Notes under the pieces: generated by a model
Told to the model about the DNA's origin: nothing
The model's database searches: none
Seen by the model: the letters and a program-made list of their open reading frames with translations, nothing else
Position numbers and translations under genes: made by a program
Shown: piece after piece, positions 48,560 to 64,000 of the stretch
How the letters are laid out: each line of letters opens with the position of its first letter
How positions within the stretch are numbered: the stretch's first letter is position 1
Assembly: GCF_009914755.1 (NCBI RefSeq)
Contig: NC_060948.1
Length of the DNA stretch: 64,000 nt
From: the human T2T-CHM13v2.0 reference genome, Homo sapiens
Reading direction: 5' to 3' (one strand)

Positions 48560-49760
48560 AAAGATGGCTGCTAGAGTCACTGAAGACTCACCTTGTCCAC
48601 AAAGAAGGTCTGAAATAGCAAATAGATAACTATGCATTGAATCGAACATCTTTGGGAGAAGGCTGGAATTCAGCAGGGAAGTGACAGTGACTCTCTAAGA
48701 CATGAAAACTGGGGATGGCAGCAGTATAGAGAGGGACCAAAGCAGCCAGCTGGAATTGGCTCAAAACCAAAAGGAATTCTCCACTGTGGGAGAAAGAAAG
48801 ACTGCATTTGCAATCCTAGATGCAGAGAATCCCCTTGGCCCTGTGAGGACAGATCCTAAGCCTAATAACAGAGACCTGCCTGACGTCCACACAACTACAC
48901 TGTCCCAGAGAGGGAACTCATGCAAGACCCGGTGCCCACAGAGGCCCACCCTGCTGGTGCATGGCCCAGTATTGAGGGTGATATTGAGCAAAAGGCTGTC
49001 TAGAACCTACATCAGAGAGCCTTTTGCCCAGGGGTCCAATATCCCCTGCATCTCCGTGTCTTGGGTCCTTGCTGACATGCCCTCTTGTCCACCCAGAGGC
49101 CTCAGTGTCATGATGTCAGCTGGATGCAGCAATGTGGTTGGGTCCATGGTGATGGAAATCATGCAGCATCCTATACCCCAGGGAATAGGCATTCCAGCAT
49201 ATTTGAGTGGCTGCGTCAAAACATAGGGAACAAAAATGTGTGATCCATAGAACGTGGGAAATACCTGCCTGAGGATGCTGCCACTGAGGCACCAACTTCT
49301 CCCAGCCCCTCAGCAGCAAGACAACCACACACCTGTAAGTGTCATGTCAGGTCCCACAACCCAGATCCTAAGCTGCTACTGCCAATATAGCCACCCACAT
49401 GTACCACATGAGGGACTCAAGACTGACCCACCTAGCCCACAGGCACCACACTGGGGCCCTTCCATGCTGCCTGGGACCCCTAGGACTTACCTGTCCAATG
49501 CAGCTGCCACAGCTGCTGTCTACTGATGCTACCCAGGAGCCTGAATACAGGCCTACTCAGTACACCAAACCCCAGCAAAGTCTCACCCCAGGCTCTTAAA
49601 ACAACTAAAATCTAAGCCATTAAGGCACCCTCATACATTTCTGATATTGAGTATAGCTAAAGAAATAATACGAAGACCATGCTATGCTACTTACCCAGAA
49701 GCAAAGTCAAAGTACTCTGCCCAATCAACATTATAGATGCATGTACAGGGAATAGTTTTG
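48560..49760 (+). mobile_element. Old L1 (L1M1/L1MA-like) 5'UTR
   Basis: Begins 'aagatggctg' (YY1-type start); GC-rich; 'gctgccactg' and 'cccaggagcctga' motifs. Confidence 0.6.
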
Positions 49761-50572
49761 TTCCAGTGCTTTCTTTTAAGCTTCAGATAATATTCTCACA
49801 TGGATATGCAGATTAACAGCCAGCAGAAGGCCTGCATGAACTCTTTTGCCTCTCTGGGGTTTTCTTTTTGTGTAAGTCCTCTTTTATTTTCTGGCATTTT
49901 GTTCTACAGATTCTAGCTTTCTTGATATAGTTGAACTCTGATTTTAGTCTTCTCAATCTAGTAACACCCCCTAAGTTATGGCCTGGTGATAAGTAGGGTT
50001 CATCCTTACACTGTCTTTGTTCATCTTTTCTGAGAAATTATTGTTTGGTGCTGCCTGGAATTGAATGTAGAAAAATCTTTGGTTCATATTTCTGTCTAGT
50101 TTTGTGGTTATTTAACCTGGGAGGGTAAATATGGTCCCTGCTACCTCATTATGGTTAGGGGCGTAACAGGACCATGGAAGGCTTTCAGAAGTCATTTTTG
50201 AAGACACAACGCAAATTCGGTTTGCATAATGAACTTAGATAAAATACAGCCAAGAAAATAATGTTAGCAGAAACCAGGCCTTACAGAAATCTTTTTAGCG
50301 AGTTATTATGCTCAGACTTAAAAGAATAAAAAAAACCAGACCAACGGGTAAAATATACATATTCTAACTTTAATCTGGGGTATTAGAATTATTCAGACAG
50401 TTGTGCAAATAAAATTCAAATATAGTTGAAACATTTGTATAAGCTGGTCTATATACTACTTTCTGTGTGGAAAGAATACATACGGATACAAATTTCAGAA
50501 AGAACATAAAAACTGGCATACTATGTTTTCAAAAAAAACCAGCATATTATGTTTTCAAAAAAACCCACATTT

Positions 50573-50858
50573 ATTTTACTGTATTTTCCTTTTTTGGAAA
50601 CAGATTCTGGATCTCTGGCCCACGCTGGAGTGCAATGGCGCAATTTTGGCTCTCTGAAACCTCCGCCTCCTGGAGGTGATCCTCCTGCCTCCCGAGTAGC
50701 CGGGACTACAGGCATACGCCACCAGACCTGCCAAAGTTGTTTGGTATTGTTAGTAAAGATGGGCTTTCGCCATGTTAGCCAGGCTGGTCTCATTTGAGAT
50801 ACACGTGCCTCAGCCTCCTAAAGTGCTAGGATTACAGGCGTGAGCCACCTTGCCTGGC
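50573..50858 (-). mobile_element. Alu 1 of the stacked cluster (AluS-like)
   Basis: Reverse Alu; left flank aaaaaaacccacattt (50557-50572). Confidence 0.9.
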
Positions 50859-50917
50859 AAAAAAATAAAAATAAAAATAAAATAAAGATAAAAATAAAAT
50901 AATAATAATAATAATCC

Positions 50918-51259
50918 AGCAGGGCGCGGTGGCTCATGCCTGTAATCCCTGTCCTTTGGGAGGCCGAGGCGGGCGGATCACGAGGTCAGGAGATCGAGAC
51001 CATCCTGGCTAACACGGTGAAACCCCGTCTATACTTAAAAAAAAAAAATACAAAAAATTAGCCAGGCGTAGTGGCGTGCGCCAGCAGTCCCAGCTAGTCG
51101 GGAGGCTGAGGCGGCAGAATAGCATGAACCTGGGAGGCGGAGCTTGCAGTGAGCAGAGGCATGCCACTGCATTCCAGCCTGAGCAACAGAGTGATACTCC
51201 GTCTCAAAAACAAAAAAACAAAACAACAAAAAAAACTACCAAAAAAAAAAAAAAAAGAA
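50918..51259 (+). mobile_element. Alu 2 of the cluster (AluY)
   Basis: 'gatcacgaggtcaggagatcgagaccatcctggctaacacggtg' and 'ggcggagcttgcagtgag' are AluY diagnostics. Confidence 0.93.
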
Positions 51260-51274
51260 AAATGTGGATTTTTT

Positions 51275-51280
<6 letters not shown>

Positions 51281-51306
<26 letters not shown>

Positions 51307-51590
51307 CTTTTGAGACGGAGTCTGGCTCTGTCGCTCAGCCTGGAGTGCAGTGGCGTGTCTCAGCTCACTGCAAGCTCCGCCTCCCGGGTTCATGCCATTC
51401 TCCTGCCTCAGCTGCTCGAGTAGCTGGGAGTACAGGTGCCTGCCACCAGCCCAGCTAATTTTTTGTATTTTTAGTGGAGACGGGGTTTCACCGTGTTAGC
51501 CAGGATGGTCTCGATCTCCTGACCTTGTGATCTGCCCGCCTCGGCCTCCTAAAGTGTTGGGATTACCGGCGTGAGCCACTGTGCCTGGCC
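51281..51590 (-). mobile_element. Alu 3 of the cluster (AluY), tail-to-tail with Alu 2
   Basis: 'gcaagctccgcctcccgggttcatgccattc', 'ccgtgttagccaggatggtctcgatc'. Confidence 0.93.
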
Positions 51591-53027
51591 AGAAAAAAAT
51601 CCACATTTAAAAAATATAGAATACAAATTATTATGGACATTACCATTTTTATATCAGTCACTTGAGAAATGGCACTTTTCTCAAATGAGTATTGTATATT
51701 GGAATCAATTTTGCAAAATCAGAAAATGTGATTTATTTCTGGGGATGCTAGGCATATTAGACATTTTTTCCAGTTGCATTTAGGTATGGGGAAAAAAGAG
51801 CTAGACAGAGAAATTCTGTGACTTAATCCAGCTAGTCTATGACTACACAGGACAAACCTATAGTCTGATACAATTGCATTGACTTGGTAGAGTAAGGTAG
51901 ACCATGCCTGTGGGGCAACTAAAGTAATAAAAGGAGGTACTGTACGATTTATGGGAGAGGTGGTGAGTAGGTATTTAAACACAGCAGAGTTTCAATAGGT
52001 TCAAGGTAAAGGACGCCTATGTATTAAAGGTCAAAACATCATGTTTAGACTGTGAGAGAACCCAGTGTCTTTATTCCTTGTAGATCACAAGTTGACATTT
52101 GTGTGGAATTTTGAGTGCAAATGCCTGTTATTTGAAGCTATGCACCTAGGCTGGAAAACAGTTTTTCTTCTATGGAAAGTGACAAATCAGCCGGGCAAGA
52201 GTGCTAAGTTTTATCTTCACCGATAACATTTCAAACAGCAAATACTCTGTTTATAATTTTAGAACATAAAGTTTCTCAGTGAGTAAGAAAGCCGAAGTCA
52301 TTCAGAGATGATAATTTTTGTGACCCTTTATAGCTGTACCCAGACTTTGGCAGAAATATTTATTTCCATTAAGTCGGGAGCTGGCTTTTCGGTTCTCCCC
52401 TCAACGTGATGAATTGAGGTGGTGGATTTTAACCTTTTCATCTTTGTTTTATTTTCTAACCTGTTAGAATTTACTTATCTCAGCATTATTGCTATTTCCA
52501 GTAACAAAGCTGAACTTGCTTGTTTATACTATATACAATTTAAAGTAAACTACCACGTTAGCCTCTATATTTGAAAGTAAAACTAAGTAAAATTTGGTCA
52601 TTTTTATTACCGTGAGTGTCCATATACTTTTACTACATTTGTATGCAATTTAATGTAACTAGTTTAAATTTAACATTAGTATTAATGATATCCACTGTGG
52701 GTGCTCTTTTTTCTATCGGCTCTTTTTTGTGTGCACATTTAGGTGATTTCTTACATTTTGCTATTAAATATTGTTTCAGATAACTTTCTTCTGCACTCCT
52801 AGTTTCCTAATGTACAAGGAAATTTGTCAGTAGGGATTTTATATTGATAGTCATGCAGCAACACACATGTACACTTGTACATGTTTAATATAAACAGACC
52901 AGTTAGATAATATAAAGCGCAAAATAAAACAAGTAAATATTGCCCAGTTCTCAAACGATGAAGAAACTAGCCTTCATGGCAAAATCTTTAGCACGAAGTC
53001 ATTTGCCACTCTACAAAATAAACAGAG

Positions 53028-53345
53028 GTCGGGAGCTGTGGCTCAAGCTTGTAATCCAGCATTTTTGGAGGCCAAGAAATTCAGATCACTTTAGGCTAGG
53101 ACTTCAAGACCAGTCTGGCCAACACCAGGAAACCTGATCTCTATGAAAAATATGAAAATTAGCCAGACATGGTGGTGTACGCCTATAGTACCTTACAGTT
53201 ACTTTGGAGGCCGAGGCATGAGAATCGTTTGAACCTGGTAGGCTGAGTCTGAAGTGACCTGAGATTGCACCATGCACCCTAGCATAGGTGACAGAGCGAG
53301 ACTTCAACTCAAAAATAAATATAAATATAAACAAATATATAAATA
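53028..53345 (+). mobile_element. Diverged Alu
   Basis: Forward Alu dimer, heavily mutated. Confidence 0.85.
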
Positions 53346-53384
53346 ATAGACATGGTATCCTTCACTTCAGGCAGTTATCATTTT

Positions 53385-53580
53385 TTTCTTCTTTTTTTTT
53401 AATTTTGAGACAGTGTCTCACTCTGTTGTCCACACTGGATTGCTTTGGCATCATCATAGCTCACTGCAGGCTTGAACTCCTGAGTTCAAATGCTTGGCCT
53501 CCCATTTGAGCCTCCTCAGTAGCTGGAATTACAGGCACACACAACCATGTGCAGTGTGTGTGTGTGTGTGTGTGTTTTGT
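53385..53580 (-). mobile_element. Alu right-arm fragment (AluJ-like) ending in (TG)n
   Basis: 'gagacagtgtctcactctg...atcatagctcactgcag'. Confidence 0.8.
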
Positions 53581-54498
53581 TTGTGAACTATTCTTTTGAA
53601 TCACATCTTTTTATAACCCAATCTTTTTATTCATTATTTTAGTTAAACTCTGTTTCAACTGCAATGTGCTTTTATATTAACTTTTTTTTCACAGGGTAGC
53701 ATGGGATACACTTTCCGAGCTCTGGTATATGTAAAGTTGTCTTTCTACTAATTTTCCATGAGTTTGAAAATTTACGTGTATGAAATTTTTGGTCATGCCA
53801 TATGAATTCTTTTTACCAAGAATTCTTTAGACATTGCCATATATTCTGGAGTTTTGTTTATAGAAGAGACATGTGTGGCCAATTTGACCAGTGACTTCTA
53901 TTCAGGAAAATTCTTAATTTATGTTTATGCTATAAGATTTTTTTAACACATTAAATTAAAAAATTTGACCAGGATAAGCTCAATGCCTCTCTCAGTTTGT
54001 ATAGGTGAGGTTAACACAAGACCATTGTGTACTGTGTTGTTTGTTTATGGCATTAATATACCTTGCTGAATGATCACTACCTGTTGACCTGCCTCCTTGC
54101 CTCCTCATAGAATGTAATGGAACCAAAAAAAAAAAAAAAACATTTTTAATCAAGCATATCTTCTAAAGTCAACCTGAGCCTTCCCAGTGTGGATTTCATC
54201 TTTGACCAAATTTTTCTAACCAACGTAGAGGACAGCAAGCGGGGGAACCAAGGAGATCAATCTCTGCCTCCTGTATTTTCGTGAAGTTAGAGCACCAATC
54301 TCTTTAACTGCTGTTCAGAGATATCCAAAATGCCACAGAAAGCCCAGAAGTAGTTTGTTTGTAGAGAAAGATACTTATCGTGACCAAGGGTAAGGAAGAG
54401 TTCTCTTCGCAGAACATGCAATTTAAAGGCTAGTTTGGTGCTTGATACACAGAGGACAATCACTCAATAAATGCTATTGGCTGACAAATAACCTGAAA

Positions 54499-54592
54499 AG
54501 CTGCCTGAATGCTCCTGGAATTAATGCATTCTTATCCCCCTTCAGAGCTGCCTGAATGCTCCTGGAATTAATGAATTCTTATCCCCCTTCAG
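54499..54592. repeat. 47-bp tandem duplication (1 mismatch)
   Basis: agctgcctgaatgctcctggaattaatg(c/a)attcttatcccccttcag occurs twice in tandem. Confidence 0.95.
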
Positions 54593-55117
54593 CCTGTTTT
54601 TATGTTGGCATTTGAAGCATCATCTTCAGGCCTGTTTTAGATAAGTCATTTTGGATTCTTCTAGATCTTTAAGATGCCTTTTAATTTCATGGACCTTAAA
54701 GATTTGGGGTCAGACCACCAAAGATGATGAATGTGAATGGAGGAGCCATGGCTTCTACGATTTTAAATAACCTTTCTTCAAACTGGGTTGATAGTCACTG
54801 AGTACACAGAGAACTAAGCCATCTTTCTCCTAGTTGCAACTGATGTTCTGGATGCCCTGGTATATAGAAGATTCCAGAAAGCACAGAGTGATGGCCATTT
54901 CCTCTTCCCATAGGTGCCTCCACCTCCAGTCTTGACCTGTCATCTAATTTGTAGATGTATTGTGCGGTGTCACCAGAAAAGCAACATTACAGCGACTTCC
55001 CCTCTTTTGCATGTTAAGGTGAATTCTGTGTTTGTGACCTTTCTTGGATGTATGAAAATGGGGTAATAAGTGACAGGAGGGATGTTAAAAGGCAGCAAAG
55101 TGGGCTGAGTTTATTTA

Positions 55118-55561
<444 letters not shown>

Positions 55562-56129
55562 TCAGATAAAGGAGGAAAAAACTACAAGAGTAACTGTCAT
55601 GTTCATGAGTTGCTGAGAAAGACAGGCAAGTGGGAAAAAGATTTTAATAAGCTTGCTCCATATTGAGAATGATCTAGGGAATTTTTCATAGTATTAAAAT
55701 TGCTTTTCAAAAATCGCTGCTGAATGTCAGGTTGCTGCTCTTGCGAATGCCACACTGTGCTAAGCCTGGGCCATGAGGGAGCTCAGCTTTATAGGAATTA
55801 GAGAGGCTGTCACAGTTTCACCCAGTTCTACTCTACCAGCTAGAAATGTATATAAATGCATCATGTTGTTTTACTTGTCTCAACATTGCTTGATAAGAAT
55901 TTCCTCCTTAAAACATAGCTCCACAGAATCTGAGAGCTGGGTAGGACTTCAGAGTCAATCAAAGCAGTCTGAATGCTCAACCCTAATGAACTTAATTTAA
56001 AAAAAGAAAAAGTAAAACCTTTTGTGATTTCTAAAGATTTTATTAATTTTAGAACTTGGGATATACTTGATATAGTTCGTTTTATAATAGACTATTTAAA
56101 TTCTCAAACTCTCAAGTTATTGATAAACT

Positions 56130-58890
<2,761 letters not shown>

Positions 58891-59959
58891 GATCCATTCA
58901 TTTTCTTATTCATAAATATTTGTCCAGGGCCTCCTAGGTACAAGGTTCTATACCCTAAGGATATAGTAGTAAATAAGTTCCCACCCTCGGAAGGCTAACA
59001 TTTTTGCCAACTTTCAGGGTTTTGTTTCGATACCTGAAACTTGAATATTTAGTTTATTTCTGCCCTTCCCCACGTTAACTTAAGATTTAATAACAACAAA
59101 ACAAGTATAAGATAAGGACATAGATAAATTTAGTATTCTGATTCCCATGGGTTCCTTTTAGGATTTAGCATAAAATGAACTCTCTTACTCTTTCTTTCTC
59201 TTTTTCCTCTCTTCCCACCCCACATATACTCATTTTCTTTTTCCCTCTCTCTCCCTCTCGCTCTCTCTCTCCTTCCTAATTCCAAGCTCTACCTCCTGAT
59301 CACTGCCTTGCCTCCTTGTTGACACTCTTGCAATCTAATACAGGATTTTTTAAAATATATAAGTACCTTACCTAAAATAATCCCTGCTACTGTGTAAACT
59401 AGCAAATGTGTCATCTTCCTTAGACTTCTCAGTCTTTGAGAAGTGATAAGGATTGCAGGTTCTACGGCATAGGGGAAGCATTCTTGGGTGTGTGTGGAGT
59501 GTAGAGGGGTTGCTTTATCACTCTAATCACAGCATCTTGACAGTTTCTACTACAGGCAGGACTTGTTCTGACCTTCCTTATACAGCTTTCCCCCGGGGTT
59601 ATAAGAATGTTTGCATTCAGAACAAGATGTCTGTATCTCTGCCACAGATTCTGGAGATGGTCGATGCTCCCTGAGATTGCTGAGGATGAGAGGAACCCTT
59701 CAAACTGCATCCCCAGCAAAAGAACATGATTTTTCCCCATATAAGACACAGCAGAGAATTCAACCCCAGACAGCCACAGGGTCCCCTCTGACAGGCTGAT
59801 TTAATACTCAAGGAAGATTCTTCTAGACAGTCTTATCATCAGTGCCTGAGAACAGACGCTTTAGAAGCCGACTCTAAGGAAGAAGCAAATCTCTACAGAA
59901 TGGACCACTCACTGTTCTAGTAATCACAACTATAGAACCAGTACAATTCCTTCTCTGGT

Positions 59960-60390
59960 AATACATTCATTCACAGCCTTCAACAAACATTTGGTGACCG
60001 CTTACCCTATATCCAGGACTGTGTCAAATAATTATGAAGCTAAGTAAGAAAAGACTCTATTCTCCAAGAGTCTGAACTCAGTGGGGAACTCCCAGTCCAG
60101 TGTAGTATAGAGGACAAGGTACTCGCTCCCAGTTTAAGCTCCTCATGCTACCAGAGGACCTGGACAAAAAAACCTTATGATGGCCTGAGGTTATGTGTTA
60201 CATTTAAAGTTTCAATACAATGTAATTAACACCATAATATAAACAGGAATATTTCAGCAAGCGTCTACGCATCCCAGAATTACAAAATAAAGTGAATAAA
60301 TGTCTATGAGCACTTCTTTGTGCCAGGGACTATGCCAAGTGTTAAAACATGACATTGAATAAGACACAATCCTTTCCCTTTGAAAGGGAT
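59960..60390 (-). mobile_element. L2 3'-end fragments
   Basis: 'cattcattcacagccttcaacaaacatttggtgaccgcttac' and 'tatgagcacttctttgtgccagggactatgccaag'. Confidence 0.55.
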
Positions 60391-60415
60391 ACATTTAGTT
60401 CAGTAACTCAAATAA

Positions 60416-60932
<517 letters not shown>

Positions 60933-61339
60933 TAGAAAGATACCTTTCCTGGACCTTGGTATCACAAACCATTTAATATCTTTAATAAGGCAGAAAGCAA
61001 TGTAAAATAAAATCCCCTCTAGGTCAAAACACATACTTAGCATAGATTTGTGTGGGTTTTTTTTTTTCTGATTTCCACTATTAGTTACAACATTTGCCTT
61101 GTGCCCACTCTGTAGCAATTGTACAGCAGAGCTGAGGACTTTCATAAGAGGAAGGGAAACATCCCAGTGATGAGGTCCCAGCCTTGGAGCAGCCCTGGAT
61201 CCTGCTCCGGGAGTTTATGGTCTAGGATGGGAGTGAAGACACAGCTACAATATTTTAGGTAAAAAGTGAAGTCCTGATTAAACCCTGTTAGGGCAGGAAA
61301 CTAACAAAGGAAGAAATAAGGTATGACCCAAACCATATT

Positions 61340-61653
61340 TTTTGTCTTTTTTCTTTTCTTGTCTTTTCTATTTTTTTGAGTCAGAGTCTTACTCTGTCAC
61401 CCAGGCTGGAGTGTGCAATGGTGCAGTCATAACTCACTGCAGCCCTGAACTCCTGAGATCAAATGATCTCAGCCTCCCGAGTAGCTAGGAGTATAGGCGT
61501 CCACCAACATGCCCAGCTAATGTTTATATCTTTTGCAGAGACAGGGTCTCACTATGTTGCCCAGGCTGGTCTCAAACTACTAGCCTTAAGCAATCCCCCT
61601 GCCTTGGCCTCCCAAAGTACTGGGATTACAGGCATCAGCCCTGTGCCTGGCCC
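61340..61653 (-). mobile_element. Alu (AluJ-like)
   Basis: 'gtcataactcactgcagcc', 'gggtctcactatgttgcccagg'. Confidence 0.88.
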
Positions 61654-61974
61654 CCTATGATTAGAATATGTTTATTCATGTATTCTTATTAGTTGAGAAC
61701 CCCATCTCCTATGTCAGAAGGCTACCCGATAAAAAGAAGATACTAAGACATACAAGATAAGCTACCAGGGATAGATACACAAGTTCTTCGGGGTGCTGGA
61801 AGGATTGTCCATCTGGGCTCAAGCCAAGCACAAGCTTGGCAAAGAGAGATTGAGAAAGGTATCTGGACCAGAAACCACATCCTCTTAAGGTGGTAGTTCA
61901 CCATTTAGGTGAAACTAGAGGGGAAAATGTCAACAATGCTAATGAACATTTCAAATGTACAAAGTGCTACTGCT

Positions 61975-62400
61975 CACCACCCTCCCTTGCTCAATCCCAC
62001 ACACCCCTCTCCCCAGCCACACTGGGACCTTCTGGCTCCTGGATGTGACTAGGTTCTACTTCAGGGTCTCCACATATGCTGGACCCTCAAGTGGAATATT
62101 CTTTCCCCTTCTCTCCCTTGGGTAATGGCTACTCATTTTTCAGACGTTAGTTTAAATGCAACTTTTCAAAGCTCCTTTCTCTGAGTCTTCATTCTACAAA
62201 AAAATGGTTCTGTTGGCCTCTCTCATGTAAGCAAACTTTACATACATTTGCTTCAGAGCATTTTTCGCAGTCTGTGGTTATATTTTTGTATTTAGATTTT
62301 AATCTGTCCCCACTACTAGACTACCTAAATGAGGGTGAGAATCACATCTGTTCACCACTGTATACCCAGTGCCTACCACATAGTAAGGTGTAAAAAGTTA
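61975..62400 (+). mobile_element. L2 fragment
   Basis: 'ccagccacactggg...cttctggctcctgg', 'ctgttcaccactgtatacccagtgcctaccacatagtaagg'. Confidence 0.6.
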
Positions 62401-62789
62401 CATGATGCTAAATGGATTTCAAGTGCAAGAGAGATTTTCATAGGTCAGAGCTAAGACCAATGGAAATAAGACTGTACCAACACTATAAAAAAGAAATTCT
62501 TATTTCCTTATTAGCATCATAATCAATATATTTGTAATATAAATTAATTATAATGTATTTCTAAATTATATGCCCTAATCATTATGCTAAGTAAGGATCT
62601 TGCCATGTCAATACATAATGAGATCTCAGACACCAACAGGATTTGAGAGGAAGCAAGGTGATCCCCTTGATTCCGAAAACAAGAGGGTGTTGGGCATTGC
62701 CGTGTATTAACTACTTTGCTAGATGTTGAAGATACAAAAATAAATAAGAAAATATTGATGATCCCAAGGAGCTCCTCTTTCATCATCAT

Positions 62790-63100
62790 TCTTTTTTTGG
62801 TGTTCTTTTGTTTTGTTTTGAGATGTAGTTTCACTCTTGTTGCCCAGGCTGGAGTACAATGGTGTGATCTCAACTCACCACAACCCCCACCTCCCAGGTT
62901 CAAGTGATTCTCCTGCCTCAGCCTTCTGAGTAGCTGGGATTACAGGCATGCGCCACCATGCCTGGATAATTTTGTATTTTTAGTAGAGACGGGTTTTCTC
63001 CATGTTGGTCAGGCTAGTCTTGAACTCCTGACCTCAGGTAATCCACCACCTCTGCCTCCCAAAGTGCTGGGATTACAGGTGTGAGCCACCGCACCTGGCT
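62790..63100 (-). mobile_element. Alu (AluSp/Sq-like)
   Basis: 'tttcactcttgttgcccagg', 'ggttttctccatgttggtcagg'. Confidence 0.92.
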
Positions 63101-63447
63101 GGTGATCATTCTTAAAGAAAGCATTTAGACTAGAAGATCTATAATAATCCAGACAGAAATTTGTTGATCAGGTTATAGAGGTCACCTAGCAAACACCATT
63201 GGGACTGACCTGCAGACAGGTCCACTGTGATGGGCAATGAGAACCTTCAAACAGCATCTTCTTGGCTCCCCCATGCCTGTCCAGCAACAGCACTTTAGGT
63301 GTTATGAGTTGATAGATGATCTCTGAATTGAATAAAAGGCATGCATCTGGAAGTAGATGGCCCCAGATAAAGCAATTCTGTGAGGAGACCTCAGAGATGC
63401 AAAACAGTCCTTGCCTTCCCCATGAAGAGAGGGTTCCAGAAAGAATA

Positions 63448-63848
63448 TATTAGTATGCAGGGGCTGTTATAACAAAGCACCACAGCCTGGTGGACTTAAA
63501 CAACAGACATTTGTTTTCTCATTATTCTGGAAGGTAGAAGAGTGAGATCAAGGTGTTGGCAGGGTTGCTTTCTTCTGAGACCTCTCTCCTTGACTTGCAA
63601 AGGGTCATTTTTTTCCCTGTGTCTTCATATGGTCTTCCTTCTATAGGTATTCATGTCCTCATCTCCTCTTCTAAAAAGGATGCCAGTCATATTGAAATAA
63701 GGCCCCATCCTAATGCCTCACTTAACCTTAATTACCTCTTTGAAGACTGTGTCTCCAAATATAGTCGCATTATGAAATAATAACCCCTAGTAAGGGGTTG
63801 GGGCTTCAATATATGAATTTGTGGGGGAGCACAATTTAGCCCATATCA
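63448..63848. mobile_element. MLT1 (MaLR) solo LTR
   Basis: 'gctgttataacaaagcaccacag...ttaaacaacagacattt...gatcaaggtgttggcagg...gggcttcaatatatgaattt...caatttagcccata'. Confidence 0.85.
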
Positions 63849-64000
63849 GCAAAGAAGCAGAATATTGAAGTCAAATTGCCCGTATTTCACAATTTTCACT
63901 TTAAAATCAACTTAGTCCCCTCTCCTTAGTCCTGTTCATATTAAAATGCCACCGTCCAGAAAAGAAAAACAAAAAAAACCTGATGCAGCAATGAGCTCAT

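Noticed and set aside
48702-49226. 174-aa ORF as a novel gene
   Set aside because: It lies in GC-rich, L1 5'UTR-like sequence, with overlapping ORFs on both strands and no recognisable domain.
51840-52110. Possible decayed LTR fragment
   Set aside because: No termini or TSD identifiable by eye.

Overview
Primate (human-like) genomic DNA, AT-rich and dominated by transposable elements. There is no intact cellular protein-coding gene. From left to right: (1) old L1/MaLR/MER2 fragments and a decayed plus-strand ERV1 whose 3' LTR is split by (2) a complete but ORF-disrupted minus-strand HERV9/LTR12 provirus (5117-15364, TCAT target-site duplication, TSD); (3) a full-length L1PA (18987-27527) with a second, 5'-inverted (twin-primed) L1 nested in its ORF1; (4) an intron-containing RBMY-family pseudogene (~28600-38360, +) with a single SRGY-box exon, apparently missing two internal exons, which points to Y-chromosome origin; (5) decayed ERV sequence followed by two unexplained degenerate tandem arrays (~60-bp and ~105-bp periods, 43930-47140) in front of an ancient L1 ORF1; (6) three Alus stacked at one target site, with TSD geometry indicating an Alu-Alu mediated micro-inversion (50557-51608); (7) ordinary Alu/L1M/L2/MIR/MLT1 sequence. 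Subfamily names come from recalled consensus sequences, not from a search, and most boundaries of old repeats are approximate.
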